In this document: positions 43,916 to 57,315 of the stretch, piece after piece | Position numbering within the stretch: the stretch's first letter is position 1 | How the letters are laid out: each line of letters opens with the position of its first letter | Assembly: GCF_009914755.1 (NCBI RefSeq) | Contig: NC_060931.1 | Source of the DNA: the human T2T-CHM13v2.0 reference genome, Homo sapiens | Strand: one strand, 5' to 3' | Length of the DNA stretch: 64,000 nt | Position numbers and translations under genes: made by a program | Notes under the pieces: generated by a model | Told to the model about the DNA's origin: nothing | The model's input: only the letters and a program-made list of their open reading frames with translations | Databases searched by the model: none

Positions 43916-46674
43916 GTTTCCCCTTCTCTCCAGCAGAAACCTCAGGTTTCTACCTACCACCAGTTCTTACCTTTGGATTTTGTTTTTATCTTGTGCATTA
44001 TTCAATCACAAGAACACATAACATTTAGTCATGTTGTAGGATTAAAAGCCTGGAGAAAACAAACTACTGCCACAGCATGAATGAAGAACTTAACCACTGG
44101 GAAAAACTCAGTATTATTTGATTCATTTCACCTATGACAGTTTATGTATTTTGGGGGACAGCAGTGGTTGTACTATTATTTTAAAGTGTACATTGAGATT
44201 TATAAAGTGTTAATTGTGCTTATATTTTCACCCATCAAAAAATGATTGTTTTTGCTTGATTTACCTACCTAAGTTTTTGCTAAATTTGGTCTCCTTGAAG
44301 CTGGGTATATTGTCTTTTTGTGTATAGTAACTTAAGAATGTGGAATGTGGGCAGACAGCATAATCTATGGTAGTTAAACTTTTATTAGATTGTTGTGAAG
44401 ATTAAATGAGATAGTACATGCCAGAGGCCTAGCCCAGCACTTGCATACACTAAGTCAATAAATATTAGTCATTATTCTGCAGTGGAAAATTTAGTGTCAC
44501 TAAAACTTTGTCCTGCTAGTCACCTTAAAACAGACAGCATAACCTAGTTTTTCATGTTATCAATTGAGAAAATGGATTCTAAAGTCAAGCTAACTGAAGA
44601 ATGTCACTTTAATACATAAACGGGTATATTTTTTTTGAATTGATAAAAGGGTCTGTAGAATATTAAACAGTAGTTATTAAAAGAATTAATTCCATTTCTT
44701 AAAGAAGTTTAGTGTGACCAACCACTAGTGTAGGCATTGGAAGAATTTAGTATATTTTGTAAAATTTTTTCCAGCATGGGATCTGACTCTCTGAACCTGA
44801 AAATGAAGCAAACAAAACAGAGGCTTGTTCTGCCTATGCCCTTAGTGCCAAAACATAAATCATTGCTGTATTCATCAAGTCATAAAATTTAAATCATCTC
44901 TATTTGAGTTGGATAACTTGCTGCGGTATTTGATACTAACCACTGGTTCAAGCAGGACCTGGTGATGTTTAATGGACTATTGTTCAAAGTTGTTGGACTA
45001 AGTTGTTGCATTAATATAAAAGTTTTGCAAAATAACATGGTTGTAAAAGAAATCTTCCACTAAGCAATGAATATAAATGAACTTTATTTGTCCTTGTAAC
45101 CAAATACTGTTCAGGAAAATTTTTTGCTTTAGCTTTACAGCTAATTTGCCCTCTTTCTGGGATACTTTTAGGGCTGTGGCTACCGAGTGACATCATATGT
45201 AGGCATTTCTGTATATGTTTCTCTTGCTTTCCTATTTTCTGTAGGACAGAGTTGCCAGCTGTCATCCTCTCTGGGAGGGAACCGATGCTCAAAAAATGGC
45301 ACTACCTTTCCTCTCAGCAGTAAAGTGCCAGTGTTTCTTTTACAGCTGCCATGTGCAGGTGCCTTGACATGGCTGCATTTGGAATTTAGACGACAGCTGC
45401 AGAAGGTGGAACCATTGGCTGTAGGGTGAGTGGTCTTAAGTTTTCAGCTGAGACATAGGTAGGAAGAGGAAACTGAAAGGAGGCTCAGCACAGGGAATGA
45501 AATCCTGTTGTTTGGATTCTTGAAAGAACAGGGAGAAATTTCAGGAAAAAGGATGAGAAATTATTTTTACTTTTCAGCACCATTATTCAGGCACAAAATC
45601 TGGACAACAAATTATAAACTTAAAGCATTTCAAGTGTCACTTAATTGTTACCTAAGTATACTTTAAGTAGCTTAGATTAATGTATTTTAATGTAGGAAAT
45701 TAGCATAGTTTGTTAAAAGATTTTAATTCGACAGACCACAGATGAGTACACGTAAATACTTAGTAATGAACTGCTGCATCAGCAGGCATTTGAGGTTTAA
45801 TCATGCAGTCAATAATATAGCTCACTGTCATTACCTTGCCTGGTCCCTGTGAAATTTATCATATTTTTAGTAAGTTACTGTAGCCTTAGGTGAGATTTGG
45901 TATTTTTCTTCGTTACTAACACCTGCTCTTTTCATGGTACTCTCAACAAAATAAAATAGTTTTGTTTTGTTTTGGTAGCAAGCTTAACAAGTGGTTTTTT
46001 GAAGTAACTGATTATTTGCTCTTGTGCAGTGTGGTTTGACCTCAGCACCTTTGCTGTCTAAAAATGGTCAGAAGTATTTTCCAAACTTAAAATAGATTTT
46101 TCAAGATCTATTTTTCTCAAGGAAACTGTTTGATGTTCCTAGTGACGTAACAAATCAATCAAGCAAAAGCTTTAGAAAATCTGGATATTTATATTAGGGT
46201 CAAAAAGCACTTAATATTTCCTGATATTATGTTAAAAATGGAAACTGTAAGTTTATACTAATCGAGTTATTTTTTGCAGAGAAATTATGAGATCTTTGAT
46301 TTTTCACTTTGTAATGATGACAGATTCATGAAGAGTAGAAGAAATGGCTCAGCTGGCTATTTAGTAGTTAGAGAAACTTGTGAAGAAGACATTCAGATTC
46401 TGCTTATTTGTCTATACAAAGGAGAGCACAGGAAGATTAACCAGGCAGGCCTGAAGAGAAATCTGAGTCAGCATCCTTGCTACCTGTGTCAATGGGGAAA
46501 ATAGGAAGGCAGCTTAAATAAGTCAAGACTGTTAAGCATCTAATTACTATACAGTGAACCCTTTTTCCCCTTCAGATAGAAGCATGATTGTTAAAAGTTC
46601 TTGAAACCCTGGATTGCTACTGCTTTCAAGGCATGAGACAGATTTGAAATTCTGGGCAGCAAGCTATCACTTTC

Positions 46675-46854
46675 ATTTGAAAACTGGCTTCTCTTTCTTT
46701 GTTTCTTCCTTTCCCCCTTTCTCTTTTAACCAAAATCTAACTTATCAATCACAAAGTTTAATAAGAGTAAAGAATTTCAGTATTTGGGTCCAAACCTATA
46801 AAATGTTTACAAGCACCTCCAAGGATGTATTGTGAGCAATCACGTCTATCCTTT
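46675..46854 (+). repeat. Direct repeat copy 1 (~175 bp)
   Basis: Aligns by eye with 47320-47493; shared blocks atttgaaaactggctt, cagtatttgggtccaaacctata, cacctccaaggatgtattgtgag. Confidence 0.9.
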
Positions 46855-47319
46855 GCGATAACCTTAAAAAAAGTTATCTGTTTTCTCTCCCCACCCAAAT
46901 GGAATTGCAAGATTACTTTGTCTATAAATCCTTAAAAAACAACTAAATCCTTCTTCAAACTGTTATAATTTTAGCTTTATGCTACTTTTTATGGTAAGAT
47001 TGACAAGTTTTCTATCAACTCTTAAAACATTCTTTTATTTGCCCTAAATTATTTCAAGTATAAGTTGGTATTGCTTTTCTTCTAGAATTTTGAAATTTAG
47101 TGAACAAATTCAAGTAGGACACACCCTTCATACTGTTCGTAACACTATATACTCTTTTAATCTGCCTTTTGCATTGCCCTTTCCCTACTGAGAAGTCATA
47201 ACCCTCGGTTGTAATTTACCTCATACAGCAATCAATGATTTTGTGATCACTTTAGTTTCTTTGGACCTTATCCAGCATCTGTTTATGTCTTGACATGTAG
47301 ATACCAGAATTGAAGACAA

Positions 47320-47493
47320 TTTGAAAACTGGCTTTTCTTTGTTTCTTCCTTTCTCCTTTTCTCTTTTAACCCAAATCTGTTTTATCAATTGCAAATTTTA
47401 ATGAGTAAAGAATTCCAGTATTTGGGTCCAAACCTATATAATGTTTGCAGTCACCTCCAAGGATGTATTGTGAGAATTCATGTCTGCCCTTTG
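47320..47493 (+). repeat. Direct repeat copy 2 (~175 bp)
   Basis: Diverged copy of 46675-46854. Confidence 0.9.
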
Positions 47494-47823
47494 TGGGAAT
47501 AAGTTTAAAGTTTTCTTCTGTTAATGTTGAAATTAGGAATTCATTTTTTCTTTAAATTCTTGCAAAGCCTGACTTTTAGACTTTTTTTAAAATTTTACAT
47601 TCCATTTATTTGACAAAACCATTAACGTAGCTAATAGCATGGCAGTGAGCAGTTGTGCAGTTACATAAACTTCTTCAGGTTATAAAGCTTCTATTTTGTA
47701 TGATGTGGCAGTAATTCAGGGAGTAAGTCTTTATAAAGTTTCTCTAGGTGCTCAACTTACTAGGAGAACTTTGGATTCCTTTAAAGAGCAAGGAAAAAAT
47801 AGTCTCAAAAAAAAAAAGACTGT

Positions 47824-48152
<329 letters not shown>

Positions 48153-48612
48153 CACTGTAATGTAATTAGTTGAAACATGATTAGAATGACAGTTGAGGTC
48201 CTCCCTGCTTATTGAACCAACAATAACTTAAACAAACTTAAACCACTGATTTGCTAAAAACAACTGTAGACTTTTCAGTTAACTACAATTAGTATGATAA
48301 GAGCAGAGAAAAACCTGCATTTCTTCATCCTTGTAAAACTTAAGTAAAAGGCTTTAAGTCAACTTATTAAAAATAGAACACCTTTGTAAAATGAAAAAAT
48401 AAAGTCATTTTTTACTACTAAACAAAAAATATTTTTATTTTTAGCGTAATAAAATCAATCGTTTTATAGTTATAGTGTTGAAAAAATATTTCTTACCAAC
48501 TGCCTCTGAAAAATTTTCATAAATACTATTTTTAAATGAATACTGATGTGAGACAGTTCCATTGTACAGCACAGGGCTTGGTACATCATAGATGTTTAGT
48601 AAACGCTTGTTG

Positions 48613-49099
48613 ATATGATGAAAGTTTGGCAACATCCAAAGCATCGTAATCAGGAGGCAGTTGAATATATGCCTTCTCTCCATCAGGCCGAATCAGGTGT
48701 TGACCTTGGCCACATCGATGTCACAGAGCTTCTTCACAGCCTGTTTGATCTGGTGCTTGTTGGCTTTAACATCCACAGTGAACACAAGCGTGCTGTTGTC
48801 TTCTGTCTTCTTCATGGCCGACTCAGTGGTCAGCGGAAATTTGATAGTGTAGTGGTTAAGCTTGTTTCTCCTGGGGGCGCTCTTCCGAGGATATCTGGGC
48901 TGCCTCCGGAGTCGCAGTGTCTTGGGCTGCTGGAAGGTGGGTGACGGGCAGATCTTTCTTTTTTTCTTTTTCTTTTTTTGTGGTTGTGGACACCTTTCAA
49001 CACTGCCTTCTTGGCCTTCGAAGCCTTCACTTTGGCTTCAGCTGTAGGAGGGGCAGGAGCTTCCTTCTTCGCTTTCGGCGCCATCTTGTGAAAAGGGTC
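48613..49099 (-). pseudogene. RPL23A: Processed pseudogene of 60S ribosomal protein L23a (RPL23A)
   Basis: Minus-strand [36 protein letters not shown]; 5'UTR gacccttttcacaag; intronless. Frameshifted at an expanded A-rich tract (~48955-48980). Downstream frames give [37 protein letters not shown] and PDYDALDVA. Confidence 0.95.
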
Positions 49100-50251
49100 A
49101 GGACAATTTCTAGAAGGATTAAAGGATGAATGCTGTTTAGTAATAAGCCGAAAAGAACCATAATTTTCAAGTGATTCTTCATGATTGCCAACTAAGAATA
49201 AAATAAATATGAATAATCAAACATTTGAAATTCTGTATTTATTTCTCTAAAATCAGCTTGATTGATGAGAAAGTTACTATTGCTTGACATTTTAATTTTT
49301 CCAGTTTCTGATATTGATGCTTTATTTTGTATAAAATGGCACTGTGATAGAATATTTACTATTCTTTCTGTCATAATAGACTTGCTTTAAACTAACCCCA
49401 TCAAAGTGCTGTATGTTCAAAATATCATCATGTTAAGGTAATAATTTTCAGTGTATTAGAAAAGATTTGTATAGAAATATTTATTGTAAAGCACGTGCGT
49501 TTTACACTCCATGCACTAGGTTGTTTTTGTTTGGTCTCTATGTGTATATATGTATTTACATTCCTGTTGAAATCTGAAGAAGGTGGTGTGTATTTAAATG
49601 TTACTTTTAGTTTATTCACATGAATGTGAATTTCTGTGTAAGTATGTATCTAAAATTGGTTTAGAAACAACACAATCAGTTTTGGTCTGGTGGTGCAGGA
49701 TGAAATTTATATACATTTACATACTTACAAGTAAGTTGCTTTAAAATTAAAGTAGGGGATAAAATGTAGTGTGAATTGTTATGCAAAATCTAAGCACAGC
49801 ATAATTAGCAAAGGATAGTAGAAATGCAATTTGTTAAAACCTGAATTGTAACAGTCAATTAATTTCCTCACAACATGAAATAGCAAAACAATTAACAAAC
49901 ATCATTTGTCAAAAACAGTATTAAGGCAGGTTAAAGAACTACAGATACAAAATTTATAAATTATAACATTGAAAACAGAATGTTCAGTAGTGTTTAAAGA
50001 TGTTTTGATATCTTTTACAGATTTTTTTAACTGATTGATTTATTTCAATAAATTTTCCAAAATCATGTTAATACTTTCCCCTTATGTATGTTTGGACTTA
50101 TAACACGTTTTAGATGTGAGATTTTCCTACTCTGGACAAAGTGAGTCTATTGGAGAAAGAATCTATTCATTATTAAAGCAGGGGAAAGTAAGCTAATATA
50201 CATATATGTGTATATTATACATATACATATATATTTTCCATTCTGCACTTT

Positions 50252-51389
50252 TAAAAAAATATTGTTTTAAAATATATATAACAAAATTTTCCATTGTAAC
50301 CATTTACAAGTGTACAATTTAGTAGCGTTAATTATATTTATGATGTTGTGAAACCATCACCACTGTCTATTTCTAAAGCTTTTCCATCACCCCAGAGAAA
50401 CTATTTTTAAAATAAAATCTTTATTGAGATATAATTAATATACCATAACATTAACGTAAAATGTACGATTCAATGGCTTTTAACATATCCACACAATTGT
50501 ATAACCATTACCATAGTTAATTTTAGAACATTTTCATCACCCCAAAAGAAACCTCTGTATCCATTAGCAGTTACTCACTATTTCCCCCAAATCCTCTTTC
50601 CCCTAACCCTAGTCACTCAGGAATCTACTTTCTATCTCTATAGATTTGCCTGTTCTGGGTGTTTCATATAAATGAAATTTTAAAATAGGTAGGTTTTTGT
50701 GACTGGCTTCTTTTTTGTTTTCAAGACCTCTCTATGTTGGAGCAGATATCATTACTTCATTCATTTTTATTGTTGAATAATATCCCATTGTATGGCTATC
50801 CCACATTTTATTTATCTATTCACTGATTGATGGACATTTATGTTGTTTTTGCTTTTTGGATATAATGAATAATGCTGCTGTGAACATTTGTGTACAGGCT
50901 TTTGTGTAGACATGTATTTTCATTTCATTGAGTGTATACCTAGGAGTAGAATTGCTAGGTTATATGGCAGTCCTATGTTTAACCATTCGAGGAATTGCCA
51001 GACAATTTTTCAAAGGGATTTGCTCCATTTCATAGTCCCAACCAGCTGTGTACAAGGGTTCTCATTTCTCCACGTCCTGGTAACACTAATTGTTACTGTT
51101 TTTTTTTTTTTTTTTATTATAGTCATCCTAGTGAGTGTGATATAGTAGTTCATTGTGGTTTTGATTTACATTGACCTGATGGCTAATGATGTTTTCATGT
51201 GCTTATTGGCCATTTATATCTTCACTGGATAAATGTCTATTCAGATATTTTGTTTATTTTTAAGTCATATTATTTGTCTTTTTATTATTGAATTCTAAGA
51301 GTTCTTTATATAGTCTAGATACAAGCCTATTACCAGATATATATGATTTGCAAATATTTTTTCCCATTCTGTAGGTTGTCTTTTCATAA
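50252..51389 (-). mobile_element. Two tandem LINE-1 3' ends (L1MB-like): ~50252-50397 and ~50415-51389
   Basis: 'tttccattgtaaccatttacaagtgtacaatttagtagc' and 'ttattgagatataatt...gaacattttcatcaccccaaaagaaacc...ctaggagtagaattgctagg...tttgcaaatattttttcccattctgtaggttgtc'. Confidence 0.85.
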
Positions 51390-51391
51390 TA

Positions 51392-51829
51392 CAGTTGACC
51401 CTTACAACATGGGAGTTAGGGGCACTGACCCCTGTGCACAGTCGGAAATCTGTGTATAAGTTTTGACTCCCCCAAAGCTTAAACTACTAATAGCCTACTG
51501 TTGACTGGAAGTCTTACTGATAACGTAAACAGTCTATTAGCACATACTTTATATATGTTTTATATACTATATTCTTACCATAAAGCAAGCTAGAGAAAAA
51601 AAGATGTTATTAAGAAAAACATAGAGAAGAGGAACTATTCTTACTATTCATTAAGTGGAAGTGGATCATCATAAAGGTCTTCATTCTTGTTGTCTTCGCT
51701 GTGAGTAGGGTGAAGAGGAGGAGGAAGAGGGGAGGTTGGCCTTGCTGTCTCAGGAGTGGCAGAGGGGGAAGAAAATACACGTATAGTGTACACCTGCAGT
51801 TCAAACCTGTGTTGTTCAAGGGTCAGCTG
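51392..51829. mobile_element. Tigger2a (MER28)-type non-autonomous DNA transposon
   Basis: TIRs cagttgaccctt...aacat / gttgttcaagggtcagctg with TA target duplication on both sides. Confidence 0.88.
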
Positions 51830-52439
51830 TACTTTCTTTTTGAGATTCTACTGTTGCTTCTCTCTGATTTCTAATTATATCACGACTTTATTTTGGGAAA
51901 CTCTGAACTCCTTATGGGGTGGGCCTATCATTGATAAGCTGAGAAAGGCCTCTGTGCTGGCCAAATCCATTTCTTACCCCTTGGCTCTGTGCTGTAGAAT
52001 TCAGGAAGCATTTATTTTGGTATCTGCTAATGTACTAGACACTGTGACCAACTTTTGGGAATAAATAAGATGGAAGCCATTCTCAGTAAGCTTATAGTCT
52101 AGCGAACAGGTCAGGGAAAGCTGAGTTGTCAGGAAAATCACTGTCTTTATAAACCAAGGAGAGTTTATTTTATTAGATTTATGATATTAACTTGCAGATC
52201 ATAGAAGGAGACTCGAATATCACTGAGTATATTTTACTTCGTGGTCTGTAAAAAGTAGTCTAGTACGATGACAAATGGCCTGTTTCCCCACATTTTCTTT
52301 CCATTCCCCCTCATTGGAGCTCTTTGCTCAGTCTCTCTGGGCCCTGAAAGTTTACATTGATTCCTTATTCTTGTCTTTTCCTGGGCTGTTTCTTTTCTCT
52401 TTCCTTATCCAAGTCTGTCTGGGACCGAGACTTACCTTC

Positions 52440-52543
52440 TCATGGCTCACTGCACCCTCAAACTTCTGGGCTCAAGAGATCCTCCCACCTCAGCCCCCTG
52501 AGTAGCTAGGACTACAGGCATGTGGCACCACACTCAGCCAATT
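52440..52543 (-). mobile_element. Alu fragment (~100 bp, AluJ right arm)
   Basis: catggctcactgcaccctcaaacttctgggctcaagagatcctcccacctcagcc...gctaggactacaggcatg. Confidence 0.8.
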
Positions 52544-53455
52544 GGTGCCTTTCTGAAGGTCTTCTTTTCCTCTCCCATTAGCATAGTACTGTTAAACCTT
52601 GCGTCTTGATTAATATTCTCGTGTTTGAATGCTTAGTTGCTCTCGTGGTTTGCATGCACCGTAGAGTTTGTACTGTTTCCTTCTTTGGTGCACTGTGTGT
52701 GGAGCTGAGTAGAAGAAACATGGTAAAAGCACAGTGTACTGTTCTCACTTTGCAACATCAGTTGGGAAAATGATAGAGGGAAGCACTTGGGGCAAATGGG
52801 CAAAATAGAGCAATGGGTTAGCAAATGCAGAAAATGATATAGTTAATTAAACAACCTGATATGTTGAGTTGAAGGCAAAGAAAATATACAATTTTATAAT
52901 TGCATTTTAGACTATTTAAAAATGCTCCTTTCTCTTATCCCCAGCCTTTTCATTAGATAAGCAGTTTTCGTGTGCTAACTTGGAACTCACATACGTTTAA
53001 AGTCTTTCATTTCACACACGTTGCTTAAATATGTGCATGTAGTTTTTGCCTTAGCTACTGGCCTAATAAAAGCCTCTTGTGAATGCTTATCACCTTGTAA
53101 AGTAGTTACCAGAGCTACAGTAAAATTGGCCTGCAAGTGAAAAGGCTTTGACTTCCCTAGAGGAAGAATAAAAAACATATGAGACAAATAGCAGCAACTG
53201 AAATTATCTGGTGCAGAATGTGGCAGAATGCCAGCCAAATGCCCTGTCCCTCAGATGTTTCACACCTTTATCTTAATTCGCTAAAAAGGCCACCTTATTT
53301 AAAGAATTTCAAACACAACTTGAGAATGCCTTATTATTGGCTTTGACACAGTTTACACATACAATCCTGTTTCTTATTGCTATCTTCTGGTATTAAGGCC
53401 CTATAGATTTAAGAGATTTTAAAAAAATGTTTATATTTCTTTTAAGTGGAGTGCA

Positions 53456-53493
<38 letters not shown>

Positions 53494-53509
53494 TGTGTGT
53501 ATGTGTGTG
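53456..53509. repeat. (TG)n microsatellite
   Basis: Direct inspection. Confidence 0.95.
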
Positions 53510-53799
53510 AACTGTTATTGGAAGTTATTGCCATGTTTATTTTAGGCACTTCATATATCTAATTAGAAATGATGTTTATTGTTAAGTAGGCAAAGTTGCC
53601 TTCGAGTGCATGGTGAGAAATAGTAATGAGATACTTTAGCCATTAGGCCATGAAGACTTTTACCTAAATAATAGGGAAGGAATAAATCCTAGTATTGTTT
53701 TGGAGTTGCTACAGGAGAACAGAAATTGTTTAAACGAGAGAGTTTCAAAAGGCCCCACTACAGTTAAGTATATTTAATTTAATTAGGTAATCAGTATTA

Positions 53800-54000
53800 T
53801 TCTTGCAACTATTAATGGCACCTCATTTGTTTAACACTTGCTATATCATAGAGCATTTCATACGTGCTACTTTATTTGGTCCTTTCAGAAATCCCTAGAA
53901 CAAGGCAGGGCAAATGTTTCCATCTTGGTTCATGGATGAGGAAAACCAAGACTCAAAGATATGCAGTGACTTGGTCAAGGTCACAGAGTAGTAGAGGATG
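53800..54000 (-). mobile_element. MIR
   Basis: 'gatgaggaaaaccaagactcaaagatatgcagtgacttggtcaaggtcacagag'. Confidence 0.7.
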
Positions 54001-54473
54001 GCTCTCTTTCCATTACAGTGACAGTCAGAAAGCGTCAAATCTTAGGTTATCATGACACTTAGTAATTATGAAGTATATTTTTTCCAAGAAATAATAAGCC
54101 TTTTAGGCAATTGAAACTGCCGAGAAGGCTGCCAGAGGAGTAACTCAAAACAGAACAAACATGGAGGTTTTTGGTCCTTTCATCTCTAGCATTGAGTCCA
54201 CTAGGTCAGGGTTTCAGGAAATGGGAAATCTTCATTGTTACCTGCTAGGTTGCCTTATTTCTCCATTTAATGGAAAACTTAGTCTTCATTATTTTCAGTT
54301 TAACAAATAATTTTCCTTAGAGGAAAAGAAAGTTTTGCCTGTATTTTGGGGAAAATGTATAGAAATTAAATCTAAATCATTGAATTATTAGATGATGTGC
54401 CATTTCTGAGCCAAAAAAGTAGGAAAACAATGCATAATCATCTAATAAAGTATATGTTTTATGATTATATATG

Positions 54474-54746
54474 TTTCTTGTTTTGTTTTGTTTACAGTGG
54501 CGTGATCTCGGCTCACTGCAACCTCCGCCTCCTGGGTTCAAACGATTCTCCTGCCTCAGCCTCCTGAGTAGCTGGGACTACAGGGGCCTGCCACCACGCC
54601 CAGCTAATTTTTTTTTTTTTGTATTTTCAGTAGAGACGGGGTTTCACCATGTTGGCCAGGATGGTCTTGATCTCTTGACATCATGATCCGCCCGCCTCGG
54701 CCTCCCAAAGTCCTGGGATTACAGGCGTGAGCCACCGTGCCCGGCC
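54474..54746 (-). mobile_element. AluSc-like lacking its terminal ~35 nt
   Basis: The (TTTTG)n tail joins directly to cagtggcgtgatctcgg; TSD tatatgttt on both sides. Confidence 0.88.
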
Positions 54747-57074
54747 TATATGTTTTATTTTATAAAGTTATATGTTTTATTATTTACTTTTTGTTATGTA
54801 ATTGTTTATGTCATAAAATTATAATATAATAATTCCTTAAACCAAATTATATTCCATAAATTATAACATATGAATTCAATATGCATTTATAAAATAAAGA
54901 TTTCTAGACATATGGTAGACTAACAGTGATATTTTGAAATCTACTTCTGCCACAGAACTAGATAACCATTTCCAGATTGGAATATAAATTAATCAATGTC
55001 TCATTGTTAGAGCCGCTGTAATTTTTTGAGGGGATCAAGTGAGGAAGGACTTATTTTTGGCTTAGATTTACATTTACAGCAAGGTTATCAACATTTTCCT
55101 GTGGTGGCACATTAATATTAATAATATATTCATAATGCCGATTTACACATTTACCAAATTCCCATCTATTACCTTCATTCCTGTTAAAATACAACCTATC
55201 ATGTTGTTCTTTGGGGATGAGTAGTACATTTATAGACATATAAGTATATGTGTATATTTATATATTTGTATATATAAAAATTTAAAAAATTCTTTTATTT
55301 TTAGGAGCAAAAATTTGGGGAAAATAATGTAATATTTATCAGAAGGATACTTTAGGATTTAGCTCTATCAGCCAGGCAGGGTCATCAGTAAATCTAAGAA
55401 CTGCCAAACTTCTCACACTCCTAATTCCCTCTTTTTATCCCTCCTTTTCTGGCTGTGCTAGAGATATCCTATTACACATGATTTTCTTTTACTCTGGGCT
55501 CTTCTTCGCCCAGATCAGTGTGATTGCTTTGCATTGATTTCTGTATTTGCTTAAAAAAAATTTCCCTTGATAATGTTTTTAAACTTTCTAGCATGAGCCT
55601 TTCCATACTTGGTATTGGTGTTTTATAATAGATTTGAGGACAGGTTTGTGGGGGATTCCATAACAAATTCAATTTATCAGTTACTTCTTTTTAATGTTAA
55701 AATAACTGCAACAATTCCACAATAAATAGAGTGAAATTTGATGTGCTAAATTAATTTAAATGGTTTTGACACATTTTCCTTGAAGGACTCTTTTCTAGGT
55801 TTTTATAATCTCACCTCAGTGAGAGTACAGTATGGTTTAATTACTTTCCAGCAGTGCACACTTTAATAGCCCGTATTCCACGTGAAAGCTATGTGTCTTC
55901 TGTGGGTTTGAACTGTTTCTGCCTAATCCAAGGAAAAATATTTGAGGAACATTAGTTAATGCCTTTTCCAGGAATGGGAGTGGGTAAGCGTTTTTTTCAT
56001 GGCTTATAGAATATTTAGCAATTTTAGCTTCCAGTACTTAATTTTATAGTGTTCTCAGTACTGGTGGCAAAGGCTTCCTTCAGAAAAGTGAGAAATTATG
56101 TGAATTCCCCTCTTGGCATGCTTAGGAGGGCAAGTCATGAATCTTTACTCTCATATTTTTCTAAAATAAAACTGGGCGTTGATATTTGCTGTGATCTAAT
56201 ATGTAGATATGATGAAAAGATTTATAAAATAGCATATATTGAGATTTTTGTATGTTCTCATAAAAGGTGCTATAAATTGAAACATTTATTACACAGAAAA
56301 CGTCTAAGATAAGAGTATTATTTTCCAGGATAGTTTATCTAAGTTCTGTAAAACTTTTAATAATGTAAGTAACTACTAATGAAAGGACGTTATGTGTCAC
56401 ATTTGCATTCATAAATATCCATGAAGGATCTCTTTCACCAATGTTATTCAGTCTCAGTCCAAGACAAGGTCAGACATTGATTATGTTTGACATCTTAACA
56501 AAAGTGAATAGGGAAGATAAATATTCTTAATTATACTGCTAGAATGGTGAGAAGCAGTGGTCTATAATGTAAGGAGGAATATTAGCAAAATAGAATTATG
56601 GTCAATTGCAATTATAATAACTTCTATGCATTAAGTATCTTCTACTACATATTAGCTCTTTATATATGTCTTATATAATGTAATTTTAACTAATATCTTA
56701 AGAAGTCTAGGTAGTATTTATACCCATTTGCCCAAATCTGGAAACGGAGTTTCCAAAAAATTAAATAAATTCCTTAAAACTGCCCAGCTAGAGTCCATTT
56801 CACATCTGTCAGGCTCTACTAAGCTGCTTGTCAGTCTTTGACTTCCTCATTATCAGAGATAGATATGGTATTGATAATGTACAAATTGTTTATTTGGCCC
56901 AGAAATGTGTTTGTGCTTTTAAATTTGAACTGATTGTCTTTGGCAGTTTGAAATGTACAATACTTGATGGAAAATAATAAAACTCCACTCCAATTAGAAT
57001 AACTACCTGATTTCTTGATTATAGCTTCTTTAATGACGGCACATTTTATATTATACACGGTTTCATATTTTTCT

Positions 57075-57315
57075 TATATTTAACAAACACATATACAACA
57101 CTACTGTGTGTAAGGCACTGTTCTAAGTAGTTACAAACATGAATTCATGTAATCCTCACCAGTATACTTATGAGGTAGGCATTATTTTATCCCCATTTTA
57201 CAAATAAGATAAATGAGGCACAGAGAGGTTAAGTAACTTGCTCAAAATCACACAGCTAGAACATGGCGGAGCTGAGATATAAACCCAGTCAGTTTGGCTG
57301 CAGAGTGCTCTTAAC
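57075..57315 (-). mobile_element. MIR (near full length)
   Basis: 'ggcactgttctaag...taatcctcac...ccccattttacaaataagataaatgaggcacagagaggttaagtaacttgctcaaaatcacacagct'. Confidence 0.85.

Noticed and set aside
46274-46504. 76-aa ORF after a tttttgcag acceptor
   Set aside because: No recognisable domain and no good donor; within chance expectation.
48615-48944. 109-aa plus-strand ORF
   Set aside because: Antisense frame of the RPL23A pseudogene.
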